Assembly (NCBI RefSeq): GCF_006345805.1
Contig: NC_043020.1
Location: 14,942,001 to 15,006,000 of the forward strand
Source of the DNA: Octopus sinensis
Lineage: Eukaryota
DNA length: 64,000 nt
Direction of reading: 5' to 3'
Below, piece by piece: positions 37,496-50,195 of this stretch. The notes beneath the pieces were generated by a model, which was given only the letters and a program-made list of their open reading frames with translations, did not search any database and was not told the DNA's origin. The translations under genes and the position numbers were made by a program. The number at the start of each line of letters is the position of its first letter. Position 1 is the stretch's first letter.

Positions 37496-38837
37496 ACACA
37501 CTCACACTTGATGCTTAACCTTTTTCTAACTAGTCTACCTGAGACTGTCCTTAAATTCTATGAAACAAAACTGCCTGTTTTATAGTGTTCATACTTAATT
37601 TAGCACTTTCTAACTTAATTTATTTGTATGTAAGAACATTATGATGTTCAAATATCACCTTAAAGAGTTATTTTACAAAGTTTCTCTAAATTTTCAAATT
37701 AAATTGAAACATGCAGACAGTGGATTTCATCAGATATGTGGCCATATAGCATATTTATATAATAGTTCTCTGAATACATGTTTATTTTATTTCTATTGTA
37801 ATTAATACATGAAAACTTCTGTCTGATATATTGAAGTAAATTCTTCAGATAATCCATTAATCCAAACCAATGAATATTTTTCCATTAGACTGACATGTTC
37901 ATCTTTTTTACATAGTCATCAATGTACATCCCACACAATCTACCTATTTCCATCTGTAAGTTCCTGAAATAATAATAGATAGAAATGCAGTGTTGCTATT
38001 ATTACTTCCATCTTTAACCACTTCCATAATCAAAATCTCAATCCTTTCCATGCTGACTTTATATGGGTTTGTCTGCAAAAGTGTAATTTCTATCTTTAGA
38101 TATTTCTCTTGTTAATTTTATCTTACTTTTCTCCATTATTTGTCTCCCTTGACCTGTTTATCATCTGGTTTACCTCACATCAGAATTAATTACAGACCCT
38201 TGAAGTTTCTTGCTACATTGTGCCTAACATGACACCTTTACTTCGACACTGTACCTCACATATAACACTCCTTGACCTCCACCCAGCACTACATGTGTCA
38301 TTCCTTCACTCCCACACATTCTACCTCACACTGCTAATTGCTGTATAGCAACGTGTACTGACATACTGAAGACACTCTTACTGAAATACACTTTCTATTA
38401 ATTACTTTTCAACATGTCTCCCTGTGTGCCATAAGTCTGCTTAAACAAAGCTGACTGGAGCTATTAAACAACGTAAAAGACTCTACTTTTCTATGCTGAC
38501 ACCACTTTTTTTTTTATTTTGTCTCTTTTATGTCTTTCATTATTTTGTCTGTTAATTTATTGCTTTGTTATTCTATACATGTCTCACATACCACTTCTCT
38601 TCTTACTGGGACATGTTTTTGTTCTCCTCCATTGGCAATCTGTTTGGCCTCAGTGTTTTACTCAACTGCACTGTTACTGTCTCCCTTGCACATTGCTCTT
38701 GTTACTTGTCAACTGTTTTAAATAAGGCACCATCATCACATTACATAGTCTCAATATTTGATGACAATTTATTCTACTCCTGTGTTGTGCACTTAAGGTG
38801 TTCTTTTTTTTTTTTTTTGAATATATATACGGTTTAA

Positions 38838-39033
38838 CTCTTTAGCATTCTGATTAATCTGTCAAATGTAATATTTACATCGTTTTGAATCCTGCATTAT
38901 TTCAGTGGTATGATTGTTTATTTTTTAAAATGATATTGTAGGGTAGGTGTGAGAAGCCAAATCTGACCAGTTTGAACATAAAACAGGTAGAATGTTTGGG
39001 TCAGATATGGCCAGTTTTTTAAATGCTAAAGGG
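38838..39033. mobile_element. Second TTAA-targeting MITE family, 196 bp
   Basis: TTAA-ctctttagcatt ... aatgctaaaggg-TTAA. Confidence 0.8.
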
Positions 39034-39422
39034 TTAAACCAATATCATTCAGACATTTCAATATACATTATGAACTGCTGGGCTAATCTTTTGACTAGAA
39101 AGTCATAGTGATTTTTTTCTTTTTTAATGTTAGATAGTAAGTAAAGTGTGTCTTGTACAGTATATTGGATTTGGCCTAAACATTGCAATCAATCAGTTCA
39201 GCATCTTACTCTCACAGCCGCTATGATAAAATTCCACTACATTAGTGTCAACTTAAATCATAAAACCATTTTCTACATGTCTAAATTTGTGAAATTCTGG
39301 CTTTTATATATAATAGTAGCTTCGAGTTTCACATTTCTGGTTGTTCAAATAATTTATAAAATAAACAAACTTTATGTACTAAGTACCTTTATTCACTCAT
39401 TTGCGAGCACATTCATTCGCCA

Positions 39423-39459
<37 letters not shown>

Positions 39460-39599
39460 CACAAATGTATATGAAGGGTATACATATTTGGTGGATATTT
39501 TTTGAGAGTAAAATATGTAGCTGGATTTAGTCATACATACATTCCTTTCTGCATATTAAAACAATTTGCTTACTACTTTATGCTTACAGCCCTTTCAAA

Positions 39600-40650
39600 T
39601 TTCCTGTGCATTATTTCCTCATAACAATTCTATATAGCTTTTCTCTGAACACTTTTGTTGTTAGAACCTCAAGAGTTAGGCTAAAGAAAGGATTGTTGAA
39701 AACCATTTTGATGACCTCATTCAAGTTCCTCCATAGATGCATAGCTTACCTCCTCCTACTTTTCGCATCCTCATATTTGAACTTGATTTCCCTTATCAAC
39801 CACTTATCCATGCCTAACTTTTTCATCACCCACCAGATCATAGCATGTTGGACCCTGTCAAAGGTCTTCACTAGGTCATCAAAGGCAAGGTATAGTTGTT
39901 TATTTTTTTGCCAAATACTTTTCCTGCAGCTCTCTCACAAAGAATATGGCATTGGTTGATCCCACATCCTTATACAAAACCAAATATGATACCCAATTGA
40001 AATTATTTTCCTTTGGTACTTCTACTAATGCTGTTTTGGTCCCTATTACAACTCCCTTGCCTTTGTAGTAGGTGACAATTGTTCTAACACATTAGTCATC
40101 AGTGTCCTCTTCAGTCTATTTAGATGAAATTCCAGTTCTCCAATCAACCATGAAACCTTAAATCTTTATGCTACCATACTAAAGAGAAGTGTAGCTCACT
40201 TAGTTTTATCATCCCTATTATCTTAACCCTTGTTCCTAATTTTATGTGGCTGGCTTGTCCATTCGGTTTACTGAAGCTGGCTCTTCTTGTCTTATTTATA
40301 CACTTTGCTTATTTTAAAAATCCTCCATCACTCTTTCAGTAAATACCTGTATCCCCAAATTATTGTGCAACCAATCTTTCCCAGTGCCATACTGATTTGT
40401 TTTCACCAATATTTTAAAACTCTTTGCACTTGCTATTCTTAGAGCTTTGCCTTAATCCTTGCAAAATAATTCCTCTCCCTTTTTCTTTGCTTCTATTTCC
40501 TTCATGTTGAACCGTTTCCTCTGCTTTCTCTACCATGCTCACTTGCAATACAGCAAGGCTCATGATACAACCCCTAATCTGTTTTAGGGCTTGCAGTAGA
40601 CCTTCTAATGAGTAACCCAGCTAACTTCAATTCTTCTGAATATATCTGGC
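39600..40650 (-). mobile_element. RTE-clade LINE RT remnant
   Basis: Minus-strand AIFFVRELQEKYLAK...LYLAFDDLVKTFDRV...IWWVMKKLGMDKWL. Confidence 0.8.
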
Positions 40651-41004
40651 TTCATACATCTAATTTGTATGTATGTATGTATGTATGTGTGTGTGTGTGT
40701 GCTCAGTGTTTTCTATTTTAACAAAATAGAGGCCCCCACCAAGATTTGGTACTTTTTCTCCATATGAAACATTTCATGTACCTGTGTGTTTCTCTTGAAG
40801 ATGTAGATTAATTTAACATAGAGGAACAAATTTTCGTTACCACACTACCAAACCAACAAGTATTCAGTTTGTTTTACTCAGGTACTGTAAAAATGTGAAA
40901 AGGTAGCATTGTGTACATGAAAGGAATTTTTTTTTTTTTTTAATATTTTGAGACATGAAAAAGTATCAAATGGAATTATAACTTGATATAATTTAGGATA
41001 TTTG

Positions 41005-41130
41005 TTGTTAGGTGGGCATCAAAGAAAACCATGCCAAAACAGACAGAGCTTGATGTCGTCTTCTGACTTGTCAGTTCCTATCAAACCGTCCTACCCATGC
41101 CAGCATAGAAAAATGGACATTAAATGATAA
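41005..41130 (+). mobile_element. Family D repeat fragment
   Basis: ggtgggcatc...gaaaaccatgcc...acccatgccagcatagaaaaatggacattaaatgataatg. Confidence 0.65.
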
Positions 41131-41334
41131 TGTTAATTTATGAAATCTGTTCTTGGAAGAAATTTCCTTTTATCTTACTATATTATATTGATATTGTTCA
41201 GACTGATGGCCTCATTTGTTTGGACAAACAAAATGAAAGCATGCAGTAGTGGACTCAGAAAAATGGCAGTCCTTGATACTGCCACTTTATTTGAAAGCTG
41301 ATGACTACAGTTACATTACTTTGGTAATATCTGT

Positions 41335-43335
41335 ATATACATTCACCAGATACGGCGATTTGCAGCCATCTCTTCTGTGTTCAGCCTTATGTTAGCAACC
41401 TCTTCAAGTCATGTTTGTGAATGTCTGCATATAGCAGTGGACTTCTATGGACTAGGATCCTTTGGTGAGCTTTCCATACATAGTCTAGTGTTTCCTTACT
41501 AGATTCCCAAATCCATTGTAGGCATTGAGGGTAAGGCAGTTTCTGAGCACATGAGCTTTGTCCACACTCTTGGAAAACTTGGTCATGCCAGTGGCAGCTT
41601 TCTCTATTTGTCTGTTGTGTTTTGGTTTAAGAGAAAGGGTTTGGGAAATTGATACTCCTAGGTAGATGGAGAATTTGTCCCCTACTCACAGGAGATCACT
41701 GGTATTGATGCTGGGGATTTCATTAACCTCCTGGCTTACAATCTCTTGTTTAGCCTCCTGGTGGTGCTAAACTCTTAGCAAGCATGTGTGACTTCACTTC
41801 CCAGTTCCTAGAGATCCCACTGCATGTCATAGGTTGAAGCAGTATTATAATCAGCAAAGATTATTTCTCTGATTAGAACCTGATACACATTGTCATTTTT
41901 AGGCTGTAATGACTGAAGAGTTTGTTGTTGGGCCTAATATGTCAAAACACTCTACCAGTTTACAGAAAATTCTCCCAAAACATCAGGATAGTGTAGACTT
42001 GCTTCACTTTGTATAGAGAAGAGCTTTTAAAATTATCCATGGAATTGCTACCACGGGAAGAAGTGATATTTACTTCTCATGGCATCAAATTTTCTCACAA
42101 AATCAAAAGACTTAAGTCAGTGAGGGCAACATAAATGGGTTGTCTGTGTTGTGAGTTCTTCTGTTGCTACATGAGAAAGATTATATCAGTTAATGGTCTC
42201 TCTTCCTTGAAGCCACTCTGAAGCCTCTTTACAACTTGGTTGGAAGTCTTGTTGATGATTTTGAGCAGATACATCTCTCTGATTGTTTCAGTTGCATTAG
42301 TCTCTATTTTTCTTGCACAGTGTAATGTGTATCACATGCAACTTTGGCAATATAGCTCTACTCCCACCAGCGCCACATTAGCTTGTGAAGATGTTTCTCT
42401 AGCACTGGCTTCCAGACTGGATTAGTTATGCCATGATGACTGCTTGATAGCTTGCTGCGAGCAAGATGACGACCTTATGTATTTCACCTTTTGTTGGAGC
42501 TAGGCTCTTTGTCATGATAGGAAGGGTTGGGATCCTGGCAAAACCAAAATCAACCATTCAGCTGGTGGAGTATGATTTGACAGTCTTTTGTCTCTTTCTG
42601 CATCAACTTGGCACAGACTTTGACAGCTGTATTCTCAGACTTCATACATTCCTTGCATATTGCTACTGTCAGTACAATAGTGAATGTTCTGACAAATTAT
42701 ACCATTAGCTATTTGCACAGCATCTAACTGTTCTTACAGTATTGCTTCTTGCCATTGCAGTGGTGTTCTTTTCTGCTGGGTCTTGCAAATTGACTAAAGC
42801 TTGCCTAAAACAGGTTGCATTCAGACTAATGGTTTCTCACCTCAACGTATGATGTAGCCATGTTACAGTGTTGACGATGAATTAATACCTCTCTATAGAT
42901 GTGATTCTGTTCTTTGAAGGCTCATTCCATTTGATCATTGAGTTTTATGTGAAGTTCTGAGTTTGTTACTCTTATGGTGTTGATATGTGGGCATTGTTTC
43001 TGCTGGGTGTGGTGGAGCTTTGAGTTTAGTCAGATTTTACAGCACATTGTGTTGCAGTTGGCATAGTGGAAGCTTAATGTGAGAAGCACACGCTTGAGGG
43101 CAGCTCACCCCCAATAATGTCATTGTCTGGACCTTGGATGTCAACAGAAGACCTCCTTGAAGAAATGTGTTGGAAATGCACAGTTTTGTAAGAGCAGAGC
43201 CCCAGCAATCTCTGGCCTTTTTTTTTTTTTTTTGCCAGTGTCCAAAGTATCCCAGAAAAACTAGTTAAGAGCTGTGGTACAATCTGATTCTAGATTTGAA
43301 ATTATATTGCTGAATGATGTGTTGAATTCTGGTAT
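41335..43335 (-). mobile_element. RTE (BovB-like) LINE, APE to RT remnant, heavily decayed
   Basis: Minus-strand HPRSRQ*H (APE), REIIFADY, KFSIYLGVSISQTLSL...IEKAATGM and MYGKLTKGS. Confidence 0.7.
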
Positions 43336-43677
43336 CTTGCTGCTGACGGTGCTGAGATCTTCATAAAACTGTTCTTTTGTTTCTTGAGCATAAATATTGA
43401 AAATGATTAGATTTTAATGCTGGAAGGCAGAAGGAAACATGTTCTCTAGAATGTTGGAAGGAGGAACTATTATGAGCAGCAAGCTGTTTCTGACAGCAAA
43501 ACCAATGTCATGCAGGTGGGTTTTTTCAGAGCATCTGCCTTGCCAGAAACCAATCCACTAGTCTCTTGTACTGCTTCTTTAAGCTGTGGAGTGTTATGCT
43601 GGGGAAGAGACCAAAAGAGAGAGAGAAGTTAGTGGTAAATGGAAGGAGGAAAAAGAGAACTATATATATTTATTATA

Positions 43678-43995
43678 ATCATCATGATGATTGTTTAACA
43701 TCCGCCTTCCTTACTGGCATGGCTTGGACAGTTAGACAGCAGCTGACCAGATGGAAGACTACACTAGGCTACTGTGTATGTTTTGGCATGATTTTTGCGA
43801 CTGGATGCCCTTCCTAACACTAACCACCTTACAAAGTAGACTAAGTGCTTTTTACATGACACCAGCACAGGCAAGGTCAGTTTTGGCATGGTTTTTACAG
43901 CTGGATGCCCTTTCAAATGCCAACCATTTCACAATGTGGACTGGATGCTTATTATGTGGCACTGGCATTGGCAGGATCACCAAATAACTTGCAAG
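43678..43995 (-). mobile_element. Family D repeat with a duplicated central module
   Basis: ggcatgatttttgcgactggatgccc and ggcatggtttttacagctggatgccc occur in tandem. Confidence 0.7.
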
Positions 43996-44084
43996 ACTAT
44001 CAGATGTTTTTATATGTTGCTGGTCACAATGCACTTTGCATTGTTTTAGCTTTTGAATGATGCCACTCCGTTGGCTTGGTGAGT

Positions 44085-44275
44085 AGGCCATCATTCATCC
44101 CTGGTTGAAAGACTATTCCATTGTAGGGTTTACACATTTACAGCTGTGTGGATTGGAGCACTGTGAAATGAAGTGTTTTGCTCAAGAACACAACATACTG
44201 CCTGGTCTGAGAATTGAACCCATGATCCAGTGATTTTGAATGCAACACACTAGCCACTGGCCACATGCCTTCACC
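44085..44275 (-). mobile_element. SINE family C, 5' part
   Basis: gtggattggagcactgtgaaatgaagtgttttgctcaagaacacaac...gaattgaacc...gccactggccacatgcc. Confidence 0.7.
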
Positions 44276-45652
44276 CCCCCCCCCAGTTCTGATTATCTTC
44301 TATATATATGATAATCCAAGATATGTTCAGCATTGTGCAATTTATGTACAGCTCCCAATGACATTCCAGTTATTTTCCTGATCTTCATGATCCTATTTAT
44401 TCACCTTCAATTATAACAACTTTATTACAAGCCAACAAAGGATACTTCTATGTGGTCTCTGGAATTGCTAGAAATAAGTCAAATTCCAGTTTCTTCAGCT
44501 CAGAATTGATAATTGTTTTCCTACTCTTTTTGATTTGTATGTCATCAAAGAGCCCAGGACACACGGTCCTAACATTCCAAGTGGCTAGTTCTTTGATTGC
44601 TGGTTTATTCTTTGTTCTCTGTGTTTCGTGAGGTTTGTTTAGTGATAAATTCTAAGCACCAAGCACCCACTGAAGCAGCAGACAATGGTGGATCAGCACT
44701 TTATTGACCAGATGATGTCTGGATGGAGGTGGGCAGTAGCTGATTGGTGACGTGATGAGCACTCCCACTCTCAGAAACTAACTCTAGTACATGTACCTAC
44801 TACCAATCTGGTTAGATTTATTACTCATAACTGCTGCCTCTTCATTGATTTGCTGCTTGGCAATAGCATCTGTGAGACCTCTCTGGAGTCTGGACCTTGA
44901 TGATGATTGTAGTGATCCTGAGTGGCCTAGATGTGGAGTTTCTCTTCGCCTGGGAGATGTGATCCAAAGAAATGCAAAAACAGTACATTTGCTATTTGAC
45001 ATAGCTATCAGAGATGTTATAACTTGGCATAGTGTACCATCCAGCTACATTTGGGAATTTTTTGTTTGGGTATACTTCCGTATATAACTGTCAACCATGC
45101 CTAACAAGCCCAGCACACTTATCTAGTTATAGCAGTGTTTCTCAAACTATTTTCTCCCCAGGCCCCACTTTAGCTTTTCAGAAAAATGTATGCCCTACTA
45201 ATGGTTGGAAAAAAGTTTTATTTTTAATATTGCACAACCATATATTTTCCTTAAAGAGACATCCACACAAGAGCATTAGAATAGCACTATATTATTGCAA
45301 ACAGTTTCAGGCAGTATGCTTGGCTGGAGGAATTGGATTGGTTTGGTTAGGCTGAGTATAGGTGTAGTATGTTTTCTGTGAAAAATAGATTTTCACAGTT
45401 CCATATTCCACTTAAAAAAAAAAAAAAAAAAAAAAAAAGGATCCCATGCCTCACAATTTTCCCAGGCTCCACTAGTGGGAGCCTATGCTCTACATTAGGA
45501 ATCACTGAGTTATAGCATAGTATACTTACTTGCACCAGATTTGGTTGAAACCGGTGTACTGAGTGGTGCTGCTATAGACGCTTTTATATAGATAGAAGAA
45601 GCAGTGATGTGTTCACTTGCACCTTTTCAGCTGTTCATATTAATGTCTAATG

Positions 45653-45853
45653 CAGTGGTTTTCAACCAGGGTTCCGCCAGTACAGTCCAGGGGTTCCGCA
45701 AGAAGTTACAAAACTGCTAAAATCGGCAGTAATTTTTAATTCTCCTGTGCCAATATGTGTGCATAAGACTATTAAATTATTGCACAGGGGTTCCTCGAGC
45801 CAGTGGAATGTTTCCTTGGGGTTCCGCTCCACCAAAAAGTTTGAAAAGCACTG
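45653..45853. mobile_element. hAT (Charlie-like) MITE, 201 bp, with a perfect 8-bp TSD
   Basis: TSD gtctaatg at 45645-52 and 45854-61, TIRs cagtggttttcaac / ttgaaaagcactg. Confidence 0.9.
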
Positions 45854-46869
45854 GTCTAATGTGATACACTATGGACAGATAATCACTAAATTGTGTGGAA
45901 ACTGGCAGTGTCTGTATTGGCAGGAGTCAATTTGAAGGCCTTTTCTGAACTGTTACAATGCTTACTTACATAAGTTTGCTTTCTATTTCTGTTTCATCAT
46001 TCTATTAGGATTTTGTGTGTGTTTTTATCTTTATTACAACATAGAGCCTTCCCCAGGTTCCAATGTTAAGTTGTAATGTTTTTGCTTTTCTTCTGGAAGT
46101 GTTGCTGATGCAAGTGGAATGGATTGAAAAACATTGATGTGCTTGACTTACTGAATGACTGAAACTTATCTTTTTAATTATAACAAGCAATTATAACTAT
46201 AACAGGCAATAATTTTTGTTCACTGTTTTAAAGCATGTTTTGTTGGTCGTTCTTAAGACACATCATGTTGGCAAAAACTTAATTGCCTGTGAAGAGATAA
46301 GATTTTTTTCTTTTTGTTACTTTTTTAAAAATCTCAGTGGGTTGAGTGCTTTTCAAAAATTTTAATATTTTACATTTAGTTGTTTTTATTTTTGTTACTA
46401 ATTATGAAGCAATCGAAGAAAGTAATAACTGCATTTGAAGCTGAAAACTTTTGATGCTTATTATGGGTAATATTTTCTGATTATTTTATGCACCTATTTT
46501 GAATGTTTTAAACTTGATCAAAAAATTAACTTTGAGACATTTTAGATAGCAAAAATTCCAGTTTAGTTGTAGTCATTGTTATTAGATGAAACAATAGTCT
46601 GTTTGCCTCAATAAAGTAGATTCCTTTTTGCTTAAATTTTTAGTAGGGCATCAAAAGCAACTACTTATGGCTAAAATTTTATCACCATCTTGTATTACAG
46701 TGGAAAAAGAATTATGTCAAATTATTTGTGAAAAGATATGTGCCATTTTAATTTTAACATAAAACAAAACAAAAGAAATTGAAATATTGCACTGGATCTG
46801 TGCAAATAACTTTTAGAGGGCAGTTTCTAATGACCAATGAGTACAAGAGTTGGTTAGTTTTACTCCTTT

Positions 46870-46903
<34 letters not shown>

Positions 46904-46909
46904 GAAACA

Positions 46910-47070
46910 ATGGCAGATAGAGTATACTGGAAACTTTATCACAACAATCATTTTGACACATCCTCCATTGCTCCTTCATGGATGGGAAACTACTATACAA
47001 TGAATTATGGTGCATCCCACAGTGCAGAAGCGTCTCTTCAGGCGATGCAATGCAGTTTCTCGTTAGATGA
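46910..47070 (+). CDS. Candidate alternative N-terminal or cassette exon of TRIP12 (MADRVYWKLYHNNHF...SFSLD)
   Basis: Pyrimidine tract, (AT)n and AG at 46900-46904, ATG in acaATGG context, 53 open codons, and a phase-2 donor GA|GTAATG that would splice in frame to 49431. No homology recognised. Confidence 0.35.
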
Positions 47071-49430
47071 GTAATGTTTTGCTCTTAATCTTAACTAGAG
47101 CATGTTGATAGTGGTCATATAAAATAAAATTATATGTATATATAAAAGAAAAAAATGGGATTAAAAATCCTGGCAGTTATCAATAAAGCACTCAGTATTA
47201 AAAGAATTTGGTTATGAATGTTCAACAATCAGATACCAGTAAATGTTAGTAGAATACATTTCCCAGGTAAATCCAAATATCTTTTTGCAGAATTTTGAGA
47301 AATTCAGAGTATTTAACAACAAAAAATATGTATAGAGAAAATTATATCAGTTTACATTTGAGCCAACAAAATTGCTGTCATTTATTTATAAGAATCGTTT
47401 GGAATGGTGATGTGCATGGAATATGTTGTGAAGGATTGTGTTGTTTTGAATTGAGAATGGCATCTGTCTTACGAAAGACTTAGATCTTCACTGGCAGTCT
47501 GCCCATAAAAGACAATAGAACCACCACTATATTGTATCTAATGTTGCTGCCACTTATAACATCTGCATGTTGCTAATGTGGAAATAGAAGAAAAGAAAGA
47601 AAGAAGAGCCACTACATAACTATGTTGCTAACTTCAATATAATCACAGTGAGTTAAACTGGTTTAAAATATTTGCCCACTTTTAGATTTCTGATGGACTA
47701 AAGATGGATTCCTTAACGTACGATAAATTTAATTTGTGTATCCAAACAACGTATTGGAAATACTACCATTTTCAACAAATTGCAATTCCTAGAAAAGTGT
47801 TACCTGTACTAGTTTTTAATCCCTGTCCTAGAATAACCTTGATAGTTGCTCTTGACAATTTTGTTTATGAAATGATATATAGTTATAGAAGCCTTCCTTT
47901 TCAGTAACAACTTCCTTTCATATTGATAATTCAGCTTTAATCCTCTTACACTACTTAGATGTTTTTTTATAGCTGCAATATTTGCATTGATTTATTGATT
48001 TGATAAATCTTATCTCTTGTTATAGAAACATACAGAAAACAATACTTTAAAGTTGAACCCTAATTTTGTTTATCTCTTGTAATTTGTAAACCTGTAAAGT
48101 TTCCAGGTTATATATTTTTAAAAGTAGTGCTTGCATTGGTTTTTATAGTGACAAAAACAAAGTGCTGAAATGGCTAATAGTCTAATTTTAAAGTAATTAG
48201 GAAGAAGAAAAAAAAATGAAAGCCTAGAGTAATAGATGGCTGAGTCTGTTGAATGTCAGAGAAAATACCTTGTGGCATTAAGTTGAATCTTTGTCCTAGT
48301 CACTGTTAAAATATCACCAGCTAAATACTGGTGTTGATATAATCAGATACAGGAAAAAAAAATGCTGTTTCTCAGAATGATCACAAATCAGTGAATGAAA
48401 CCAGTAAAAGAATAAAAGAACTGTTATTGTTCTCTTATCTGAAATATGAGTCTGTCTAGTTTTGATTTGTTTTATTTTTATGAGCTGTAAGTACTATTTT
48501 ACACAAACATGTCAACTTTTTTACTGATCTTGCATAGCATCTTAATGAAGGCAGATTTTTCAGGTTATATTTTAGCTTAAGTTTAGGATCTTTCACAGAC
48601 TGAAAGAAAATCAGGTTAGGTTCATTGTTCTTTTTTTATGTGTAGATTGTAAACTAAATGCTTTCGTCTAAATTCCTTGAAGTAGAATTTTAGAAACTGT
48701 TTTTATTTTTATTAAATGTTGGATCACAAACCTAACAAAGGAAAGATATTTACTTTTAGGATAAATTTAATAACTTAAGTTTGTACCTAATTTAATTTAC
48801 CCATAGTTATTTCTGTAAATTAAATTCCACTTAATTTGTAGAAATATTTGTGTTTGTTGCTTTTGTTCTTTGAAAATTAAATTGATGTCATTAAGGTGAG
48901 AAGACCAGCTGATTTTCTTTTCTAAAACTATGTATACATGCATATGTGACAAATTTGCAGACAAACTCACATAAACAGCTATCTCTTGCCTTGCATCCCC
49001 TCTCTCCAGAACTGTTCTTTTACCTACACTCTGTAACATTCACCCACAACCCCCCTTCTCTCTCTCTCTCTCACACACACACACACTCTTGCATAATGTC
49101 TGCAAACTTTTACTCATTCTTACATTTGCGTGTATATACCCTCATGCACTCAGATATACACATGCACACACACAAACTCTTGCTTAGGTTTACACATAAG
49201 TTTAAGCTCTAGTATGATAGGGTATATTGGTAATCAGAGCAATACTGGTGATTAGAAGTAATAGTTTTTGTTACTAGTTGATTGTTTTAGATAGTAAAAT
49301 CTGAAACTCCTCTCTAGGCTGCACATGTTTGTATTTCATGTTAATAGGGACTCTTATGTCACATTGTTGGTTTCCTTTTTTACATTGTCAGTGGGGCTGT
49401 ATCTAAATACTAATCTTCTCTTAATTTTAG

Positions 49431-50195
49431 TGGTGGTAAAACTACTGCAAAAGGCTTCCCTAGAGAGACTTCAGATTCTTCTGACAAAGTACAGAAAAGC
49501 AGGAAACGATTTAACAAAGAAACTATTGAGGAATCTGCTTCTGAGTCAGAATTTTTTGTGGCTGCACATGCTTACAAGAACCCTATAGACAGTGGTGGCT
49601 TTGGTGCAAAACCCAAACGAATTAAGTCAAAAATTCCTGTTCGTACCACTAAAGTAGATAATCCTTTGCCTATTCAGTTAGAGAGCTCAGAGAGCCTCCC
49701 ACAACCAAGTGGATCAGGATCAGCTGTGGATTCTAGTTATTCTAAAGCTATAAAAAAACAAGGATCACGAAAGAATTTGCGTTCTGGTTCCCATTCAGAA
49801 ATTTTGCCCACTTCAAGCATTCGACTTGATAATCAGGTAAAAAGCCGAGGGAAAAGGAAACAGACCAAAAAGAGAGAGAGCAACCCAACGTCTTTAACAA
49901 GTGAACTTCACTTGAACAACGCTGGTCCATCCGGTACAATAATTGCAGCTGTTACTACTGAAGAAGACAGTTTGGCAGCTGCAGCCGAAGTCCGCCCAAT
50001 ACCTTCTAAAAAGATCAGGACTTGTATTCAAGATCTGAACAGTGGAAAAGAAGCTTCTCTATTAAAAGCATCATCTAAGAAAACAAGGAGTGGAGTGCCA
50101 AACAGATCATCTACTTCAAGAAGTGGGGTAAACAGGTTGGACAACGTCCAGTCAGGTCTCAAAGCCAAAAAGACGGGATCCTGTGCTAGCAGTAG
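49431..50195 (+). CDS. TRIP12: TRIP12 large disordered N-terminal exon (S/K/R-rich, ends KAKKTGSCASS)
   Basis: 765-nt open exon. Acceptor cttctcttaattttAG, donor TAG|GTGAGT, phase 2-2. The end matches TRIP12 QKTTGSCAST. Confidence 0.92.

Noticed and set aside
44784-45087. Overlapping ORFs on both strands with S/R-rich look
   Set aside because: No recognisable domain or consistent splice sites. Probably decayed repeat sequence.
45520-45600. Strong minus-strand donor CAA|GTAAGT and a GAAACCGGT hammerhead-like fragment
   Set aside because: No partner exons for an antisense gene were found. Position 17 would be G and there is no upstream core.
47704-47907. ORF with YWKYYH resembling YWKLYH of the 46910 candidate exon
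   Set aside because: Similarity is limited to about 5 residues and there is no phase-2 donor. Likely chance.
49325-49588. 87-aa ORF overlapping the TRIP12 exon start
   Set aside because: An alternative frame across the acceptor. The spliced phase-2 frame explains the sequence.
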